Made by a program: the position numbers and the translations under genes. A stretch of 64,000 bases of DNA, taken from positions 17,298,001 through 17,362,000 of the forward strand of contig NW_027361765.1 of NCBI RefSeq assembly GCF_039654945.1, in the 5' to 3' direction. Origin of the DNA: Dendrobates tinctorius (taxonomy: Eukaryota). The notes beneath the pieces were generated by a model. It ran no database searches. It was not told where the DNA came from and saw only the letters and a program-made list of their open reading frames with translations. Positions 61,700 to 64,000 of this stretch are shown here, in pieces (the stretch's first letter is position 1; every line of letters starts with the position of its first letter).

Positions 61700-62008
61700 T
61701 GTATGTACTGCAATCCATTAAAACCACCTTTCTGCATCAGAATCTTTTTGGTGTGTGCCAAGTCTATATTAATTGAAGTTCACGGATTGGGATCCTACTT
61801 GTGCACCACCTCCGGTAACCAGGGTTGTGCCAACGGTTTTGTTCCATCCAGCAGACTGACACACCTAGTGAACACAGACCCTGGTTCTAGTAAAAAGTTA
61901 GCCAGGTGTATTGAATCAAGACCTGCAGCGATAGGATTTATTCCAGTCCTGCCTGGCTTTGCTACAACGGCAAGTTGTCTTTATTTTACAATACATGTGT
62001 TCATTCAT

Positions 62009-64000
62009 TTTCTCCTTCGTCTCATTGGGGGACACAGGAACCTGTGGGTGTATGCTACCGCTATCTGGAGGCTGACACTAAGTAAACAACACAAGGTTAG
62101 CTCCTCCCCCGCCGTATACAGCCTCGCCCTGCTTGCGGGCGGAAACTAGTTTTTTGCTTAGTGTCTATGGAGGCACACGTCTGGTCTTTTTCTCCAGACC
62201 TTCTTTGACTTTTTTCTATGAAGATTAGACAGGGGCAATGGATCCTATTGAAAGGGTCCGATTTCCCCAAACCATCAACGGGCGAGCACGTGCGAGTGGC
62301 CCTCCACATAACCTCTCCCGCGACGTGGGACATGATGCCCGACCTGGTCCTGTCCATCCCTAGGTAATGAAACCATGGGCTGCGCAGAGGCACAAGATGG
62401 TCCGAACCGCCCCCACTGCTCCACCAACGCTTGACGGCGGTGCTACAAGTCGGCGGACGGTCCCTCTCAGCCCTGGAAGCTGGATGGAGTTAGGGGGCCT
62501 GCACCGTCCTGGATTTCCCCCCACCCACCCCTATTTCCCTCTACCTGTCGGAGAAGACGTCCTGGATGGAGGTACAGACAGAGTGGGGAGGGCTCTGGAG
62601 GTAGCGCCAGTGGAGCTCTGCATGCAGTCGTCGGGGTAGCAGAAGGCACTTGGACTGCAGGGACAGCGGTGTGCTCCGGGAAGGGTGCGCTCCCCTCCCC
62701 CGTCCTTTCTCCCCTCCCCTGTCCTTTCTCCCCATAGCGGCGGGGGTAGTGACCCAGTGCCATCCGCGTGCTGGCAGCCTACCGACCGCCGCCCCCGGCG
62801 GACGGATGCTGTAAATTTAGCCCACGGTTTCGGCCGGGGGTAGGCCGCGGCGGAAGTCCTGCCCTCCCCATGCGATTTCACTTCCAGCGGCCCGCCCTCC
62901 GGAGCCTGGGCGGGCGCTGGATAAATTGAGACCCCGGCTTCATGTCGGGGTAGGCCGCGACCGGGAAGAGAGGTCGGCCTGCCCCACAGCGTTACAGCAA
63001 GCAGGACCCATGATTGGTGGCACGTGCGGGGACGCAGGACCGGGTAAGTGCGGTCTGTCTGTAGGAAGCACGCTATAGACTCTCAAGGGGTGCTCCCCCC
63101 CCCCCCCCCCCGCAAGTCTCCAGTAGGGCAGTACAGACACCTGGCAGAGACAATATGGCTGGGAAAGGGAAGACGCACACGTTCCTCTACGCTGCATGCA
63201 TCTCCTGTAGGGCTTCGTTTCCGAGGGCGCAGAGCAGCAAATTGTGTGAAGCCTGCGACTCCGAACCCGCCCGGGAGCCCTCCCCTGCAACCGAGTCCAA
63301 CGATCCAAATTCTCTGGAATGGGCTCTATCACTATCGCAGTCTATGGCATCGCTTACAAAGGCGATCGAGTCTCTTCGCGCTCCAGATAGGGGCAGGGAT
63401 GGTGGCTCGCTTATCTGGGAAGGATCCTCCACCTCACAAGAGCCTCCGGCCTGCAGGGGCCGCTCTCATGCCAGGCAGGTGCGAAGGAGGCGAACCCACA
63501 CGGAATCTCCCGGCCCATCCGGTGCATCGGCATCCGTGAGTTCAGCATCACGCTCTCCTTCACCAGTGGTCAGGAGCGGGCAGAGTTCAGATTGTGACTC
63601 AAACGAGCCACTGGACTTAGATACCCTGGGGTGTCGGGAAACAGTGGACAGCCTCATTGATGCTGTTAATCAGACCCTGGGGCTGGAGGATGATGTCACC
63701 CTGGCCTCAAGCCATATCCTTTAAGCGGGCTAGGCGACCGCATAGAGTGTTTGGCACTCATCCAGAGTTTGAAGACTTAGTGCAGCGTCACAGAGAACGG
63801 CTGGATAGGCGTTTCTCGGGCCAGAAGACAATAGAGGCAAGATATCCTTTTGCCCTGCAACTCCATAAGAAATTGGAGGAAGGAATCCCCAGTGGTGGAT
63901 CCACCAGTGTCACGCTTGGCCTCGAAGACCTTATTGTCTGTACCTAGTGGCTCGTCCATTAAGGACCCCACTGATCGGCTCATAGAGAGTTTGGCTCGCT
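62009..64000 (+). mobile_element. DIRS1-like element (family of 44361), 5' part, runs off the window
   Basis: TTTCTCCTTCGTCTCATTGGGGGACACAGG left ITR; GC-rich leader; gag from 63155. Confidence 0.87.
63155..64000 (+). pseudogene. DIRS gag-like ORF1, frameshifted
   Basis: CISC-x12-CEAC finger, ARYPF, VDPPVSRL, IKDPTDR spread over different frames. Confidence 0.8.

Larger units (their letters stand above)
60644..61842. mobile_element. Penelope-like insertion: inverted pair of pLTRs plus a 3' tail
   Basis: 471-bp arms 60641-61111 and 61309-61779, 197-bp spacer, ~63-bp tail, 15-bp TSD tccatccagcagact (60629-60643, 61843-61857). Confidence 0.82.
59082..61966. mobile_element. Possible degraded LTR-type element hosting the Penelope insertion
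   Basis: TGTAGCA...TGCTACA inverted ends; no matching TSD or ORF. Confidence 0.3.

Noticed and set aside
60644-61776. Duplicated 99-aa membrane protein gene (60644-60943 and 61477-61776)
   Set aside because: Non-ATG starts in T-rich pLTR intron sequence; the identity is explained by the inverted repeat.

Overview
Vertebrate nuclear DNA, almost certainly a frog (inferred from the transposon repertoire; the species cannot be determined here). The window lies inside one + strand host gene, a cytoplasmic-type threonyl-tRNA synthetase whose diagnostic residues match TARS3/TARSL2. Nine clearly homologous coding exons (21819-58989) and three candidate N-terminal exons are visible; the first exon and the 3' exons lie outside the window. 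The introns are almost entirely transposon-derived and deeply nested: a 7.5-kb PIF/Harbinger element (dead transposase, apparently intact 8-exon MADF/BESS gene), four larger Tc1 elements plus a fragment, TTAA-flanked piggyBac-like and Kolobok/T2-like elements, hAT elements, CR1 and L2 LINEs, a tRNA-SINE, a solo LTR, three DIRS tyrosine-recombinase retroelements and Penelope-like fragments with minimal hammerhead ribozymes. Most notable: (1) an RT-less DIRS whose gag only reads through if two small GT-AG introns are spliced, with an intact recombinase ORF; (2) a Tc1 made of two left halves in inverted orientation (714-bp arms), a ready-made transposase hairpin in a host intron; (3) a Penelope inverted repeat with a hammerhead motif in each arm. 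Two N gaps (30015-30221, 47202-47330) limit what can be seen. All calls were made by eye and coordinates may be off by a few bases.
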